This document shows, one piece after another, positions 1 to 11,848 of a stretch of 64,000 nt of DNA. How positions within the stretch are numbered: position 1 is the first letter of the stretch; every line of letters starts with the position of its first letter. Position numbers and translations under genes: made by a program. The notes beneath the pieces are model-generated. The model was not told where the DNA came from. It made no database searches and was given only the letters and a program-made list of their open reading frames with translations. The DNA is from Blastocystis sp. Blastoise (lineage: Eukaryota > Protista > Bigyra: Opalinata). The DNA lies in the NCBI GenBank assembly GCA_039096225.1, contig JBBPEB010000025.1, positions 62,001-126,000 of the forward strand, given 5' to 3'.

Positions 1-747
1 AAAGGACCGGGTGACATAAAAAAGACAATTCATTCATTGACTATTATATTATGACATGACAGTTTTTGACAAAAAACACATTATTCTAGTATATAATGTA
101 TGACCATTTGAAAATAAGTCAAATAAAACGTTTTTTGTGACACATGTTGTGACAGATACATGACTGAAAAGGTTATAACTCATTAAATAACAACAAGTAT
201 AAGTTTAATATGTGACTATTTGTGTTAAGTTGGGTGACAAATAAAAATTATTTTGTGACAATAGTCAATTGTTATATATTTTTGTTGTATATTATTTCAA
301 ATAGTTTTATATAATGTTTATAATGTAAAATAAAGTCAATAAATGTAAAAAAATATATATATATATAATAATGTAATTAAAAAGTTTTTTTTTTATAAAA
401 TATCATGAAGCAGTCTTGTAGGGACTCTACAGATACACCCTGACTAGTAAAAATAAATAAATAAACAAAAAACATATTAAAATAGTTTTTTCAAAAACCA
501 AACAAAAAACAACAATATAAACAAAAGTCGGATTTGAAAAACAATACTTCCAACAAAATGATTTTTAATAGTCTTATTAAATGATTTTAAAATATATTTT
601 ATATGAAGAATAAGTCACACAACACATTTATAATATTTATATTATAAAATATATTGTTTTTATGTTAAAAAAGAGAAAAATAAGAAAACGATTAGTAGTC
701 ACTTGTTTTATAATTATTATATCACTAAATGGTAAATTAAATAAAGA

Positions 748-819
748 GGTTGTTTGGTCAAGTGGTTAGTGCTAATAAAATTTTTACTTGGTCGACGGAT
801 CGATTCTAACAAGGAACTA
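748..819 (+). pseudogene. Degenerate tRNA-like / Pol III element
   Basis: 72 nt: A-box-like TGGTCAAGTGG, B-box-like GGATCGATTC, followed by a T run (820-828). The cloverleaf is poorly preserved. Confidence 0.35.
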
Positions 820-1135
820 TTTTTTTTTAAATTTTTTAGAACTGCTAATTTACTAATGATTCAATAAAAAAACAGCTTTGTTTCATTTTTTATAGTTTAC
901 AAACATTATCTGCATCATTGATATGTGTTTTTGGTTTAGAATCAACACATTAGTAGATAATTTCTTTTCAAAAATTAGTAAATTATGTTTATAAGAGATT
1001 CTTAGAATGCCTAAAATGCTACAAATATAATAAAAGATGATAAATATAATATTTGAAGATTTTAAATAAATTCAAACTTATTATATAGAATAGTTAATAT
1101 TCAAAGATTGAGTAACATGTTAGTATTGTTGACCA

Positions 1136-1191
1136 GCGCTGTAAACGTAAAGTTGGATATCCACGGTTCGAGTCTCATCCAAGGCATTTTT
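1136..1191 (+). pseudogene. Degenerate tRNA-like 3' half
   Basis: GCG-CTGTAAA-CGT anticodon-like hairpin, B-box GGTTCGAGTC (1165-1174), then TTTTT. Confidence 0.25.
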
Positions 1192-2743
1192 ATTCTTTTA
1201 GTCATTTTTGTGGATTTTAATTTTTTCATTTCTTTCGTTTTATATTTGACTTTCTGGACATAAAACTATGTTAAACATATGACCCAATATGTATTCATTT
1301 AATTATTAAAATAAGGGACGATTTTAAAATTTTGAAGTTAATTGCCATTCATCGCTCATCCATTACCTTCAAAAAAATGAAAGTATCACCAATCGATAGA
1401 GCGCATGTTTGACACCCCAGCTGGACAAATGAGACCTATTAAAGAGGAATTAAGCAGTTCAAACGCCGTTTTAAAACAAAAAACGGTCATTGAAATAAGA
1501 TTGTTTAATTTTTTTAATAGTTTTTTTTACACTTTTATTTTTTCAGTAAAAATATTAATATAACCGTGAAATTTTTTTAACAAATTAATAATAATTTATA
1601 TATATATATTTATTTCTCAATTAAAAAAAAATGATATCAGCGTCATTTATTATATTTTCATTACCAATATATGTTAGGTTATATATTGGTCAAACTAAAG
1701 AGGAATATTATGAAGATATGAATGGTAAGTATTCAATAGATGATCTTATTCCTCATTTTAAGGTATATATAATACTTCTTAGTTATTATTATATAGAATG
1801 GACGAGCAATGAAATGTAAAGAATATAAACATTTCATTGATTCTTTAAAAAAGTCAAATTTCAATATTCCATATGTCATAGAAGGTATACAAAGATATTC
1901 TTTTTTTTCATTATATAGAAATTGAAAACCAACAAAAATCGTTTGTCAAAGAAAAGGAAAAGTATTTCGTGTTGTCGTGTACAGGTATATTAATTCATTA
2001 TTAACATATATTTAATAGGTAACTCATCAATAATTAAAAGACTAGAAACGATAAGAAACAGTTCTGTTCTAGTATCTAGAGAAGATACAAATGTTCAATG
2101 TAGTTGTGATGGAAAAATTATAGGTATGTATATATATGATATAATTAATTTCTATAGTAACATCAAAGAAAGAAAAAACTTTATTAGATAATCTCGTTAT
2201 TAAAGATATCAACATACAAAAAAGTATATATATATATCATTACTATATATACAAAATCTAGCTACAAATGATGATCAAATTATTATCCTTTCAGATTCAG
2301 ATGACATATTTTATGATTCAAGAAAAACAACTGATAGATACGATAGTATTCAGCAGTTAGTATCAATTCATACATCATCTGGTATATAATATATATATAT
2401 TCTTATATTAACCTATTGTTATATATAGAAGAATCGTCATCAGAAACAAAATGCTTTTCTTCACAACATAAAGAAACTACTATTACAGACTTCTTCAGTA
2501 AGTATAATTTATTTATTTAGTTTATTCTATTATATTACAAATATAGTATGTGAAAGTGATAATTCAAGCAACCCCAATACTATTAGGGGTGATACTTTAG
2601 GTTATATACAAAAGTTATCTTGTATTTCTCATTTTATTTCAGATGCATATACTTCTCTACTAGTCAACTCTTGCTCTATTAAAAAAAGTATAGATTGTAT
2701 TTATTCTTCAATTCCATCTTCATATACTACTACTGGAAATCAT

Positions 2744-5731
2744 ATGCAAAATCAATTAGCACCAATAGAACAGACAACAAAAAGTACAAAAGAAAGTGAT
2801 GAATATTCAATGTTGAATCAAGTATCAGAAATCTATCATAATCCTATATCTTCTATCCATGATATTTTAAAGAAGAATGATCAGTTGTTCAAAATTATAG
2901 ATACTGTAATACGAGATGATGGTTCTTTGGTATCTCTCTGTGTCAATACTGTAAATGAGAGATGGAAATTATATTTAGATTCGCATTTATCAGATATAAT
3001 TCTTTTGATTTCTTATTTGGTTGATGATCTACTGTTCTATGATGTTGAAATATACAAGAATCCATACTTAAAAAGTCAGTTAAAACATAGTGACACATAT
3101 AACAAATTCATCATATATAATAGAAACAATAAAAGGTGGTACTGTGCTTCATGTCTTCTTTATTCCACTAAACCTATGTTGTTTGGTGAGAAATATTCTG
3201 CTATTCAAATATCTACTCATAAAAATTCAAAGCTTCATAAGAGTTCTATGAAACAGCTCAAGTCATTATTAGATAATATGAACAATAATCAGTCACTTCT
3301 TACTACTCACAGTGGTAGCATTTCTACAAATAACTATAATGTCTGGAAGTACTTCTTTAGAATATATTATAACTGTATTTGTACCTGTTTGAGTGATATT
3401 CACTCTATATATGGAAAAAATACAAATATATACTCTTCTCATTGTGGTATGTTTTTAACATTATTACGTCTAACTGCAAAAAATAATCCTTTAGTTAAAC
3501 AGCTTCTTGATGAAAATAGTGATGCTTATTTATCAGTTAGGTCTACTCAAAGATGGATTGGTATTATTTCAGAAGAAATGAATAAATCTCTTATTAATTC
3601 TGTCGGAAATCAAATATATAGTTTAACTACTGATGGTACAACGTGTCAAAACATGGAACAACTGGTAATTACAATTCGTTATTGTGATAAATCATATAAT
3701 ATTCATCAATATCTACTTTCAATAGATGAAGAAGTATCTCCCTCTGGACTAATGATATCAAAGATTATTCAATCTAGTATTAAAGAAAAAGGATTACAAC
3801 TGGATAAACTTTGCTCTATCTCCTATGATAATTGTATATGTAATACTAGTAATATACGTGGTATCATTCCTGGACTACAAGTAGCAAATAATTCTGTTAT
3901 TGGATATGGATGTAAAGTTCATCTTTTAAATTTAGCTCTTTTAGATTTAGAAAATCAAATATTAGATACATTTAATTATATAAATATTATCAATGATATA
4001 GCTGTATCGTGGTCGAGATGTTCAAGGTTAAGAGTGCTAATAAAGAACAATGGGTTCAGTCTATATACATTACCACAAGTATCTCAAACTAGATTTACTG
4101 CACGCTATTACTCTATCCTTCCATATATTCTACATCCTAAACAAACTTTGTGTAAAATATTTTTATTATATTTTTATTCATACAATAAAAACACTGTTTG
4201 CTATAAAAATTCAGAAAAAATGCTCAAATGTATTGGTGAAGTATCATTTCATATTTATATAGAATATTGGTTTAGAATTCTGTCTATCGTTAACAAATAC
4301 TCAATTTTACTTCAATCAGATACATTAACTATTTCAGAATCTATAAATATAACCATGGAACTGTTTGATAGTATATCTCAACTAGCTTCATCAAATAATA
4401 TAAAAGAAATGTATTTGAATGCTATGAAACGTCGTGAATTTATATATGAATGCTTAACAAGACTTATTAATAACTTTAAGTTACATAATTATGATAATAC
4501 TAGTGATCAGTCTGTAAGCTCTCTTTTAGATACAATGAAAACGTTAGATGAGTACAAATGTGAATATCTTAATTTATCTAGCAGTGAAATAAAGAATAAT
4601 GAACAAATATTGGAGTCAATACAAACTCAGGAAGATGAAACTATTCTTTTTGAAAATGATATTATGCAAAATGATAATGCATCTGGTAATACTAGTAGAT
4701 TTAGATCAAATTTTTCTATCATTGAATCAATAACATCAATTCTAAACTATAGAGATAATCAAGAAAATAGAAATTATTCTAGAATGTGTAAAGAAAAAGG
4801 TTTAAAATATCATTTGAAAAAAAAGTATGCTTTTTTTCTTATCATTTTTTTATTATCAAATGCTTTTAATAAAATTTATATATATAGAAATCGAGAAAAT
4901 GTTTTAATAAACCAGGACAACGATTATTCTATGGCACCTGTAGCTGATAATAAGTCAAGTGTAAACAATGATCCTTGCAATGATGCCGTTATCACTCCGA
5001 TAAAGACATGCACTTCAAAGGAATTCATTACATATACTATTTGCAAAGAAACTAAAAAAAAATATCCTGATATGGAAATTCAACAATGTTCAAATTACTA
5101 TAATTATGGCCCTTTGCTATGTTTAAATCAAATAAACGATGATGATGTGGATATTCTCTATGATTGTCTGATATTAAAAGAAAATCATTGTTTGATTAGT
5201 GATTCTACGTTAGAAACAAGTTCAAAAGAAAATAATTCTTCCTCATCATTTGAAGTTATGAATCCTTCTGTCTTAGTTCATAAAAGAAGAGGGAGGCCAA
5301 AAAAGAATCAAGAGTCTCTTAATTTAACGAAAAATAGTTGTGATTCTCCTGAAAAGTCTTTAGCTATTAAATATTATGGAATAAAGAGATCAACAATAGG
5401 TTGTTATGATAGTCTAAGTATGGTTTCTACTGATGTCGTTGATGATACAACAAGTATTGGTCAAAAGGAAGTAAATGTTGAAAGCAAACGTAATTCTATT
5501 TTGTCAGCAATTCAATCTAATGATTACTCGTATGTGTTTGTTATTTAATTATATATTATATTTAGAATTGTATACAAAAATCAGAGAAATAACCTTTATC
5601 AGTTTTCTGCATTCACAAGTTTGATAATTTGCAGTTTCAAACAGCGAATTATAAATAGGTTGCTTAATAATTGTATTTTAGACCTATCTTTATCGTATTT
5701 TATTTGTCCAGAACTTATATTAAACACTGTA
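2744..5731 (+). pseudogene. hAT transposase, 5' part (spliced; disrupted by PLV insertion)
   Basis: TTF-type Zn finger (WYCASC...HKNSKLH), first catalytic D (YSLTTDGTT...EQLVITIRY), second D (SISYDN), CxxH (GCKVHLLNL) and TRF for TRW. A 36-nt intron at 5530-5565 (GTATGT..TTTAG) bypasses the stop at 5548 and keeps the frame up to the insertion site. Further small exons probably lie upstream from ~1631. Confidence 0.85.
5730..5731. repeat. TA target-site duplication, left copy
   Basis: ACTG-TA-[element]-TA-ATTTGTCAG; the reconstructed empty site ACT GTA ATT TGT CAG is in frame. Confidence 0.75.
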
Positions 5732-5732
5732 A

Positions 5733-5852
5733 TAATTCTTCCGTTCTTCGAACTGCAGAAGGGGGTATGCAAACCCCGCATAGAGTCTGCGCGACGCGCG
5801 CAGCCATAAGCGGGGAAGACATCCCCCCTTTTTGTTCTCGACGGAAGAATTA
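5733..5852. repeat. GC-rich imperfect terminal palindrome/hairpin (left)
   Basis: Nested pairs TAATTCTTCCGT/ACGGAAGAATTA, AAGGGGGTATG/CATCCCCCCTT, CCCCGC/GCGGGG and CTGCGCG/CGCGCAG around an ACG loop. Confidence 0.9.
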
Positions 5853-6455
5853 ATAACATTTCTGAAGTAAAATAACCATGGGAGTGTAGGGTAGTGTGTG
5901 TGTGTATTTATTTTTTCCCATGTTTATTTATTTTTAATTTATTTGTGTTCCGATTCCAACGTGAAACGTAAAGTGATCAAGGAGAAACTCATAGTAATCA
6001 TAAAAGAAATAAAATACACAGTCCAACCCTCCCCTTTACAGAGAATATTCATGGAAAATGACTCCATCGTTGGTAAAGTGAGTAAAATAATCACGGGAAT
6101 ACAGAAAGAAATACGAAAAGAAGCACAGAATGTGCTAAATAAACACACACCCCGACCCTCCCTTTATATAGAGAAAAGATGAAATGGATGGTTCTATCTA
6201 AAAAGAAATAATAAAAATAATCACGGGAATATATAAAAATAAAAATGTATGTATAGTGATCAATAAATAATATAAAAAGTCATGATAATCATAAAAAAAT
6301 TTATATAAAAAGAGTAAAGTGATCAAGGTATGTATTTATAGTGGGTGAAAGAAAAGCTGGTGGTGGTGTGGTCTTGTAAAAAGATGTACCCACCACCACG
6401 ATTATAACGAGAGACTTTTGGAAACATGAGCGACCGATATGGAAAAATATAAATT

Positions 6456-6493
6456 TTCTAGAACATTCTAGAACATTCTCGAAACTTCTAGAA
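6456..6493. promoter_or_regulatory. Heat-shock-element array (8 alternating nGAAn units) at the inner edge of the left TIR
   Basis: TTCtaGAAcaTTCtaGAAcaTTCtcGAAacTTCtaGAA. Confidence 0.8.
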
Positions 6494-6538
6494 TAATAAA
6501 TTGTATTATTCGTTTTTTCTATTTTTATACTATATATT

Positions 6539-6706
6539 ATGGATTCTCCAAAGCAATTTGCTCCAGATTATAAAGAAGGTACTTGGAAACCTTATGGAAA
6601 TTTTGAAGTTGATGAATTAAGTGATAGTGATTCTGAAGTGGATACTATTAAAACTGAAAGTGAAGATGATTATGAAGATTATATAAAAAAATTTATTGAT
6701 TTTTAA
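6539..6706 (+). CDS. Small acidic protein (55 aa), not in the ORF track
   Basis: ATG 6539 to TAA 6706, MDSPKQFAPDYKEGTWKPYGNFEVDELSDSDSEVDTIKTESEDDYEDYIKKFIDF. HSE array upstream; TTGTTTAGTT 3' motif at 6734. Confidence 0.65.
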   Translation: MDSPKQFAPDYKEGTWKPYGNFEVDELSDSDSEVDTIKTESEDDYEDYIKKFIDF

Positions 6707-6780
6707 ATTAATTCTTATTAATAACAAAACAAATTGTTTAGTTTTTAAAAATAATAATAAATAAAACAAATTAAAATTAA

Positions 6781-8271
6781 CTAATGTTTTCTACGTTTAT
6801 TTCTTAATTTTTTATTTTTTGAAATACGTCTTTTTCTACGTAATCCATTACCTTCTTCGAGATCATAAAATACCTCACCATCATCTTCATCAAATGATTG
6901 AAATTCATCGTCTTCGTTTTTATTTCTTTTATTATTATTTACAAGAGTGACATTTTCTACTGGATTGGGAATCGGGGCTACAGGTGTAATATTTGGAGTG
7001 AAATTATTCGTGACTGCTTGAGACATTGGAACAGTATCAGGTAAAGGAACAGTAGGATCATTCATAAGAGGAATTAAATTTGGAGGATTTGAATCTTCAA
7101 TAGTAATATTATGAATATTTTCTTGTGTTAGAGTATCAGGAGTAGATGAAGAAGTTGGTATAACATTATTATTTGCTTCTATTGGATTTTTTGTTTGTGG
7201 TATTTCTTCCTCTGGATTCTTACCAAATAAAAATCCAGAAAAAGTATTGTATAAATTATTTACACCACTAACAACAGAGTTTGCAACTTTTTTAACACCA
7301 TTAACAATTGGTGTTCCTACATTTGTTGCAGTATTAACAACTTTATTAACAAATGTAGGGTTTTCTGCATAGGGAATATAATTTTTATGAAATGTTGTTG
7401 CTTGATTATCTAAAGATACCTTTTTGTTAAGTCTTTGTTCTTTAGTATCATTGCCTGACATATGAGCAAATCTAAAATAGTTATCAGCTAATATTTTATT
7501 CTTTTTCTTAGCTTCATTATCATTAGTTAATTTCCAATTATCATATAAATTATTTCTATCACTTACAAGTTTTCCTTTAATATCATTGAATCCTTCTTGT
7601 GGATCAACATTAATATCTCTCCACCAATTCTTGAGATCTTTGAATTTATTTGCACCATAATCAACAGCATTACTTATTCCATGAGTGATGTTATTAATAC
7701 CTCCAGTTAATTTATCAGACACATTGTATACATCACTTACAGTGTGATAAATATTAGAAAATAAATTACCACCTCTAGAATATAAGTAACCATCACGATC
7801 TCTTTTAGTAAAATCAATAGCACTATCAATTGTACGAGGATTTAATAATCTAGAATATTTAGAATAATCAGACATATGATTTTGTTTCATATAAGGTAAG
7901 ACATAATCATGAGCATAAATAAGTTTTCTTGTAAAGTTCTTTGGAATTCTACCATCAGGTAACAACCCAGATCCTTCATCTATTGGTTCAGTTTCTTCTG
8001 ATTCTTCTAATGAACTTTGTATAACATCTTGTCTGGTTTCTGACAAATATGAATAGAATGGATTTGACGTTGCTCTATTAACCATATTACTTTCTATTCG
8101 CTTAACAGCAGCTAAAGAATTAGGAGCAATAGAATAATTAATTGGATGACGTTCTTCTCCATCAGGAATAGATCCTGGAACAATATAATTTCGATATTCA
8201 TGACCAGTAGCACGATGATTTACGCCTACTAATCCTTTATTTGAAACATTTAAACGAGCACTTTGTATCAT
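6781..8271 (-). CDS. Viral protein, putative virion core/structural precursor (496 aa)
   Basis: Long intronless ORF with GxG/GG motifs (EGSGL, RGGNL, EGNGL) and a basic C-terminal tail after the last GxG. Confidence 0.7.
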   Translation of the reverse strand: MIQSARLNVSNKGLVGVNHRATGHEYRNYIVPGSIPDGEERHPINYSIAPNSLAAVKRIESNMVNRATSNPFYSYLSETRQDVIQSSLEESEETEPIDEGSGLLPDGRIPKNFTRKLIYAHDYVLPYMKQNHMSDYSKYSRLLNPRTIDSAIDFTKRDRDGYLYSRGGNLFSNIYHTVSDVYNVSDKLTGGINNITHGISNAVDYGANKFKDLKNWWRDINVDPQEGFNDIKGKLVSDRNNLYDNWKLTNDNEAKKKNKILADNYFRFAHMSGNDTKEQRLNKKVSLDNQATTFHKNYIPYAENPTFVNKVVNTATNVGTPIVNGVKKVANSVVSGVNNLYNTFSGFLFGKNPEEEIPQTKNPIEANNNVIPTSSSTPDTLTQENIHNITIEDSNPPNLIPLMNDPTVPLPDTVPMSQAVTNNFTPNITPVAPIPNPVENVTLVNNNKRNKNEDDEFQSFDEDDGEVFYDLEEGNGLRRKRRISKNKKLRNKRRKH

Positions 8272-8395
8272 TTTAGTTTAATAAAATAATTATGAATTTT
8301 AAAACAAAACAAAAATATATATATATATATTAACAAAATTATAATTTAAATGGCAAACATAATATTGCATAAATAAGTAAATATAATATAGTCTA

Positions 8396-9574
8396 TTAAG
8401 TTTCATCGTTTTGCTGATTTCTTAATCCACTATGTTCTTTATCAGGAAGTGCCTTATTTTCATTAAATAAACCTTCATTATATTTGATAATGAATTCATC
8501 AAGTGGCATTGTTCCGTACGTTTTATATATATAGCCTGACTTTTCAGCTGATCTAACATAAATTTTTTCATCTTTAAGAATGAATACCTGATCTTTAAAC
8601 TCTGGATTATTACATATTACTTTTGAGTTCTTACCATTAACATAAATTGTGAATGGTATACCACTTTCAACAATATCATAATGCATACCTTGTTCATCCA
8701 TCTTATCTTCAAATGCTTTGGCATCTTTTTTACGGTTACTCTCATAATTATCCATCTTAGCGTTTGTTTTATTAGTATCATTTTGACGATTCTTTTCATA
8801 TTTATCCATTCTAGATTGTGTATTGTTATAGTCTTGATGACGATTATTTTCATATTTATCCATCTTTGAATTTGTATTGTTAACATCTTTTTTACGATTA
8901 TTTTCATATGTATCCATTTTAGAGTTTGTAATATTATTATCTGATTGACGATTATTTTCATATGTATCCATCTTTGAGTTCAAATATTCGTTATCTTTAT
9001 GTAGATTTTCATAATTACTAGTCATATTTTGTTTCATTGAAGCTGCTTCAGCATGAATGTCATCATTATTGGTTTTAATTTGATATGAAATATTATTTAA
9101 TTGATCATACATATCTTTTTGAGCATTTGAATAGAATTCATAATTCTCTTTATTCTGTTTATATGCTTCTGAATTCAATCCATTTAAGCCTTTTATTGAA
9201 GATAATAATGTTTCATATTGATAATTATTAGGATTACTAGCATCATACCATATCTTACTTGTAGTAGGTACACCATAATTCGTTTGCCATTGAGATAACA
9301 TTGATGAATATCTTGCAGTATCTCCATTAGCTTTAGCTGAATTCATAGTAGCTATAAACATATCTTCAGGTGATTGACCATGATTTCTTAATGCTTGAAC
9401 TGCCATTGAACTATACATAGATCCTTGTGCATTAGGATCATGTGCTAATGGTTGTACTGGTTGTTCATCTTGACAAATATATGAATTGGGTAACCATGGA
9501 TCCCAAGATTGTTTTTTCTGATTTCTTGATAAAATATCATAGAGAGTTACACTATCTCCTAAATTACTTTGCAT
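8396..9574 (-). CDS. Viral coiled-coil protein with 18-aa tandem repeats (392 aa)
   Basis: About five NSKMD[TK]YENNR repeats with a 54-bp period. Confidence 0.75.
   Translation of the reverse strand: MQSNLGDSVTLYDILSRNQKKQSWDPWLPNSYICQDEQPVQPLAHDPNAQGSMYSSMAVQALRNHGQSPEDMFIATMNSAKANGDTARYSSMLSQWQTNYGVPTTSKIWYDASNPNNYQYETLLSSIKGLNGLNSEAYKQNKENYEFYSNAQKDMYDQLNNISYQIKTNNDDIHAEAASMKQNMTSNYENLHKDNEYLNSKMDTYENNRQSDNNITNSKMDTYENNRKKDVNNTNSKMDKYENNRHQDYNNTQSRMDKYEKNRQNDTNKTNAKMDNYESNRKKDAKAFEDKMDEQGMHYDIVESGIPFTIYVNGKNSKVICNNPEFKDQVFILKDEKIYVRSAEKSGYIYKTYGTMPLDEFIIKYNEGLFNENKALPDKEHSGLRNQQNDET
8695..8985 (-). repeat. 54-bp coding tandem repeat (~5 copies)
   Basis: TCCAT[CT] recurs every 54 bp between ~8697 and ~8970. 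Confidence 0.85.
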
Positions 9575-9650
9575 TATTTATTGTATTAAATTAAAAATAA
9601 TTATATAACAAAACAAATAATTAATTATGAAATAATAAAAATTAAAATAA

Positions 9651-10688
9651 TTAATTTAAATGAAATTTTTTTAAGAAGAATTGAACAAGATTAATAATTA
9701 GATTAGTAGTAGTATCAAAGGATGTAGAGTTGACAAGAGCACCACCACAACGTTCAGCATTCTCTTTTGTAACACCACTTCCACTAGGATTTTTAAAGTA
9801 GTTATCAGCAGTTTCTTTACGTTTCTTATCATCATCAGTAGTAATCATATTATAAGCGAAATCAATAGGGATACCAAGAGAAGGATAATAGTATTTTAAT
9901 GCATTCACTACAATAGGAACAATCGTTTTAATAGTTTTAATAGCAGTATTCGCAATAATAGAATGCTTTTGTTTTGGATCCATAGGATATTCTTTATCGA
10001 TAACGACATTAACAATATCACGTACAGACACATGCTCATCATTTTTAGGTAATCGTTCTTTTATATCTTGTAATTTCTTTCTATTAGACTTTATATTATT
10101 AGAACGAATAGCCTTCTTAGCAATAATTCTTATTTGAGGAGTTACGAATTTACTTGTTTTCTTTTCTTTTTCTCGGTGACTCCCATGTTCTTTACGATGT
10201 TTTTGATGCCTTCTATGTATACCTTGACCAAATATATCATCATAATTTTCATCTTCAAGATTTGCATTATTATAATCTTTATCATCATCAGCCATCATTT
10301 TTCTTGTTATTCTCTTTGGTTGATAAGTATCATCATCGTTATATAATTCATCATCTCTATTAGCATCTTCAATATGTTCTTCAAATTGTCTTTTCTTTTC
10401 TTCTTTTGCTTTTTCTTGACGTTTTTGTTCTTTACGTTTCTGATAATAATTATATCCAGCAAATGCTCCTAATGTACCTAAAATAGGTAATGCAGTATAG
10501 ACACCATTTTTAAAGTCAGCCCAATCAGCATCTCTAGTTTGTTGTCTAACAATTTCTTCAAAACCAGTTCCTCCATATCTTACATAACGTTTATGATAAA
10601 GATCACGTCTATTTGATTTTGGTGGTGATCCTCCAAATAATCGTGGATCACAATTTTGTTTTAAATATCTTTTTGTAATTGAACTCAT
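9651..10688 (-). CDS. Viral protein with one hydrophobic helix and GxG motifs (345 aa)
   Basis: TM-like GVYTALPILGTLGAFAGYNYY followed by a basic coil; motifs FGGS, YGGTG, FGQGI, SGSGV, CGGAL. Confidence 0.7.
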   Translation of the reverse strand: MSSITKRYLKQNCDPRLFGGSPPKSNRRDLYHKRYVRYGGTGFEEIVRQQTRDADWADFKNGVYTALPILGTLGAFAGYNYYQKRKEQKRQEKAKEEKKRQFEEHIEDANRDDELYNDDDTYQPKRITRKMMADDDKDYNNANLEDENYDDIFGQGIHRRHQKHRKEHGSHREKEKKTSKFVTPQIRIIAKKAIRSNNIKSNRKKLQDIKERLPKNDEHVSVRDIVNVVIDKEYPMDPKQKHSIIANTAIKTIKTIVPIVVNALKYYYPSLGIPIDFAYNMITTDDDKKRKETADNYFKNPSGSGVTKENAERCGGALVNSTSFDTTTNLIINLVQFFLKKFHLN

Positions 10689-10741
10689 AACAAAACAATA
10701 AAATAATTATGGTTTATATGACAAATTAAAATATAAAAAAA

Positions 10742-11779
10742 TTAATGAAAAGAAGGATAACCAGAATAATGCTTTTTATTTAAATAAGGATTAAAAATGC
10801 GTCGTTGACTATCTTGTATGATTTGATCTTGTATGATTTGTAAGATGGATTCTTTAGGTTTATCTTTTTCATCTCGTTCAATACCTTTCAATGAGACTTC
10901 TTCTTCAATAGGTAAAAACTTCTTCATTTTCTTTTCATATGTAGATATATGTTCATTAGGACGTTTAATACTACTACCTGATACTTCACCTTGTTCTTCT
11001 CGTTTCTCTTTTTCACTATCTTCTTCTGTCCATTTCCTTTTCTTTACCATCTTATATACATTCTGTTTACTACCACAATCAGGATTAGTCCATATTGTTA
11101 AATCATCACTACCTTGTTTCAACATAAAGAATTGATGTGGATCATTCATTAATTCTTCATCTGTAAGAATTTCATTTAGATTCGATGGCATAATCTTTAA
11201 TTTATCTGGTAAGAATCCAGGATCACGTTTTAAGATTTGACTATTAATAAAGAAATGAGATACTTGACTTAATATAGATTGATTGGTAACATCTGTATGA
11301 CTTTGAAGACATATAATAGCATTCTGTTTATAATGACGACCTTTAGATAATATAGATACAATCAATTGTTTGGTTTGTCTAGATAATGGATAGATATCAT
11401 CCAATACAATAAAATTATGTTCTGGTAATTTATATGTATTGACTAATTCATCAACAGTTTTAATCTTTTTAAATTTATCATCTACAGAATCATACCATTT
11501 ATAATCAATTCCAGCATGTTCACAAATATCTTGAAAGGATGTATAACATTCATTCTTATTGGATGCATCAGGACAAATTACTGTGACTTGTTTATATTTA
11601 TTTTTAAGATCCATAGAACATAAGAGATTCACAGTTAAGAAAGATTTACCTGAGAATGTTCTTGCAATAATCAATATAAATTTTGATTCATATGTTTTAT
11701 GATGTGATTTTCCATATTTAAATTCTAAGACTCCACATCCTTTACGTGTTTCTTTTAATGGATTTATTTTATTCACCAT
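10742..11779 (-). CDS. A32-like (FtsK/HerA family) genome-packaging ATPase
   Basis: Walker A ILIIARTFSGKS, Walker B FIVLDD, and the GRH...ICLQS motif typical of A32 ATPases. Confidence 0.9.
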   Translation of the reverse strand: MVNKINPLKETRKGCGVLEFKYGKSHHKTYESKFILIIARTFSGKSFLTVNLLCSMDLKNKYKQVTVICPDASNKNECYTSFQDICEHAGIDYKWYDSVDDKFKKIKTVDELVNTYKLPEHNFIVLDDIYPLSRQTKQLIVSILSKGRHYKQNAIICLQSHTDVTNQSILSQVSHFFINSQILKRDPGFLPDKLKIMPSNLNEILTDEELMNDPHQFFMLKQGSDDLTIWTNPDCGSKQNVYKMVKKRKWTEEDSEKEKREEQGEVSGSSIKRPNEHISTYEKKMKKFLPIEEEVSLKGIERDEKDKPKESILQIIQDQIIQDSQRRIFNPYLNKKHYSGYPSFH

Positions 11780-11848
11780 TTTTATATGATTTTAATCAAC
11801 AAAACAAAAAATAATTAATGATAAGTTAAAGATAAATAAATGATTTTA

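Larger units (their letters stand above)
5732..6493 (+). repeat. Left terminal inverted repeat (762 bp)
   Basis: Reverse complement of 30302-31063; paired coordinates sum to 36795 and the mirrored ORFs are identical. Confidence 0.95.

Noticed and set aside
5730-5733. 4-bp TAAT target duplication (5730-5733 and 31064-31067)
   Set aside because: It gives the same empty site but makes the ends asymmetric by 2 bp. TA with symmetric TIRs is more parsimonious, though a 4-bp core is not excluded.
5898-6182. 94-aa and 69-aa ORFs in the left TIR and their mirror copies at 30613-30897
   Set aside because: The 94-aa ORF starts at GTG, neither has recognisable motifs or a 3' signal, and their duplication simply reflects the TIR.
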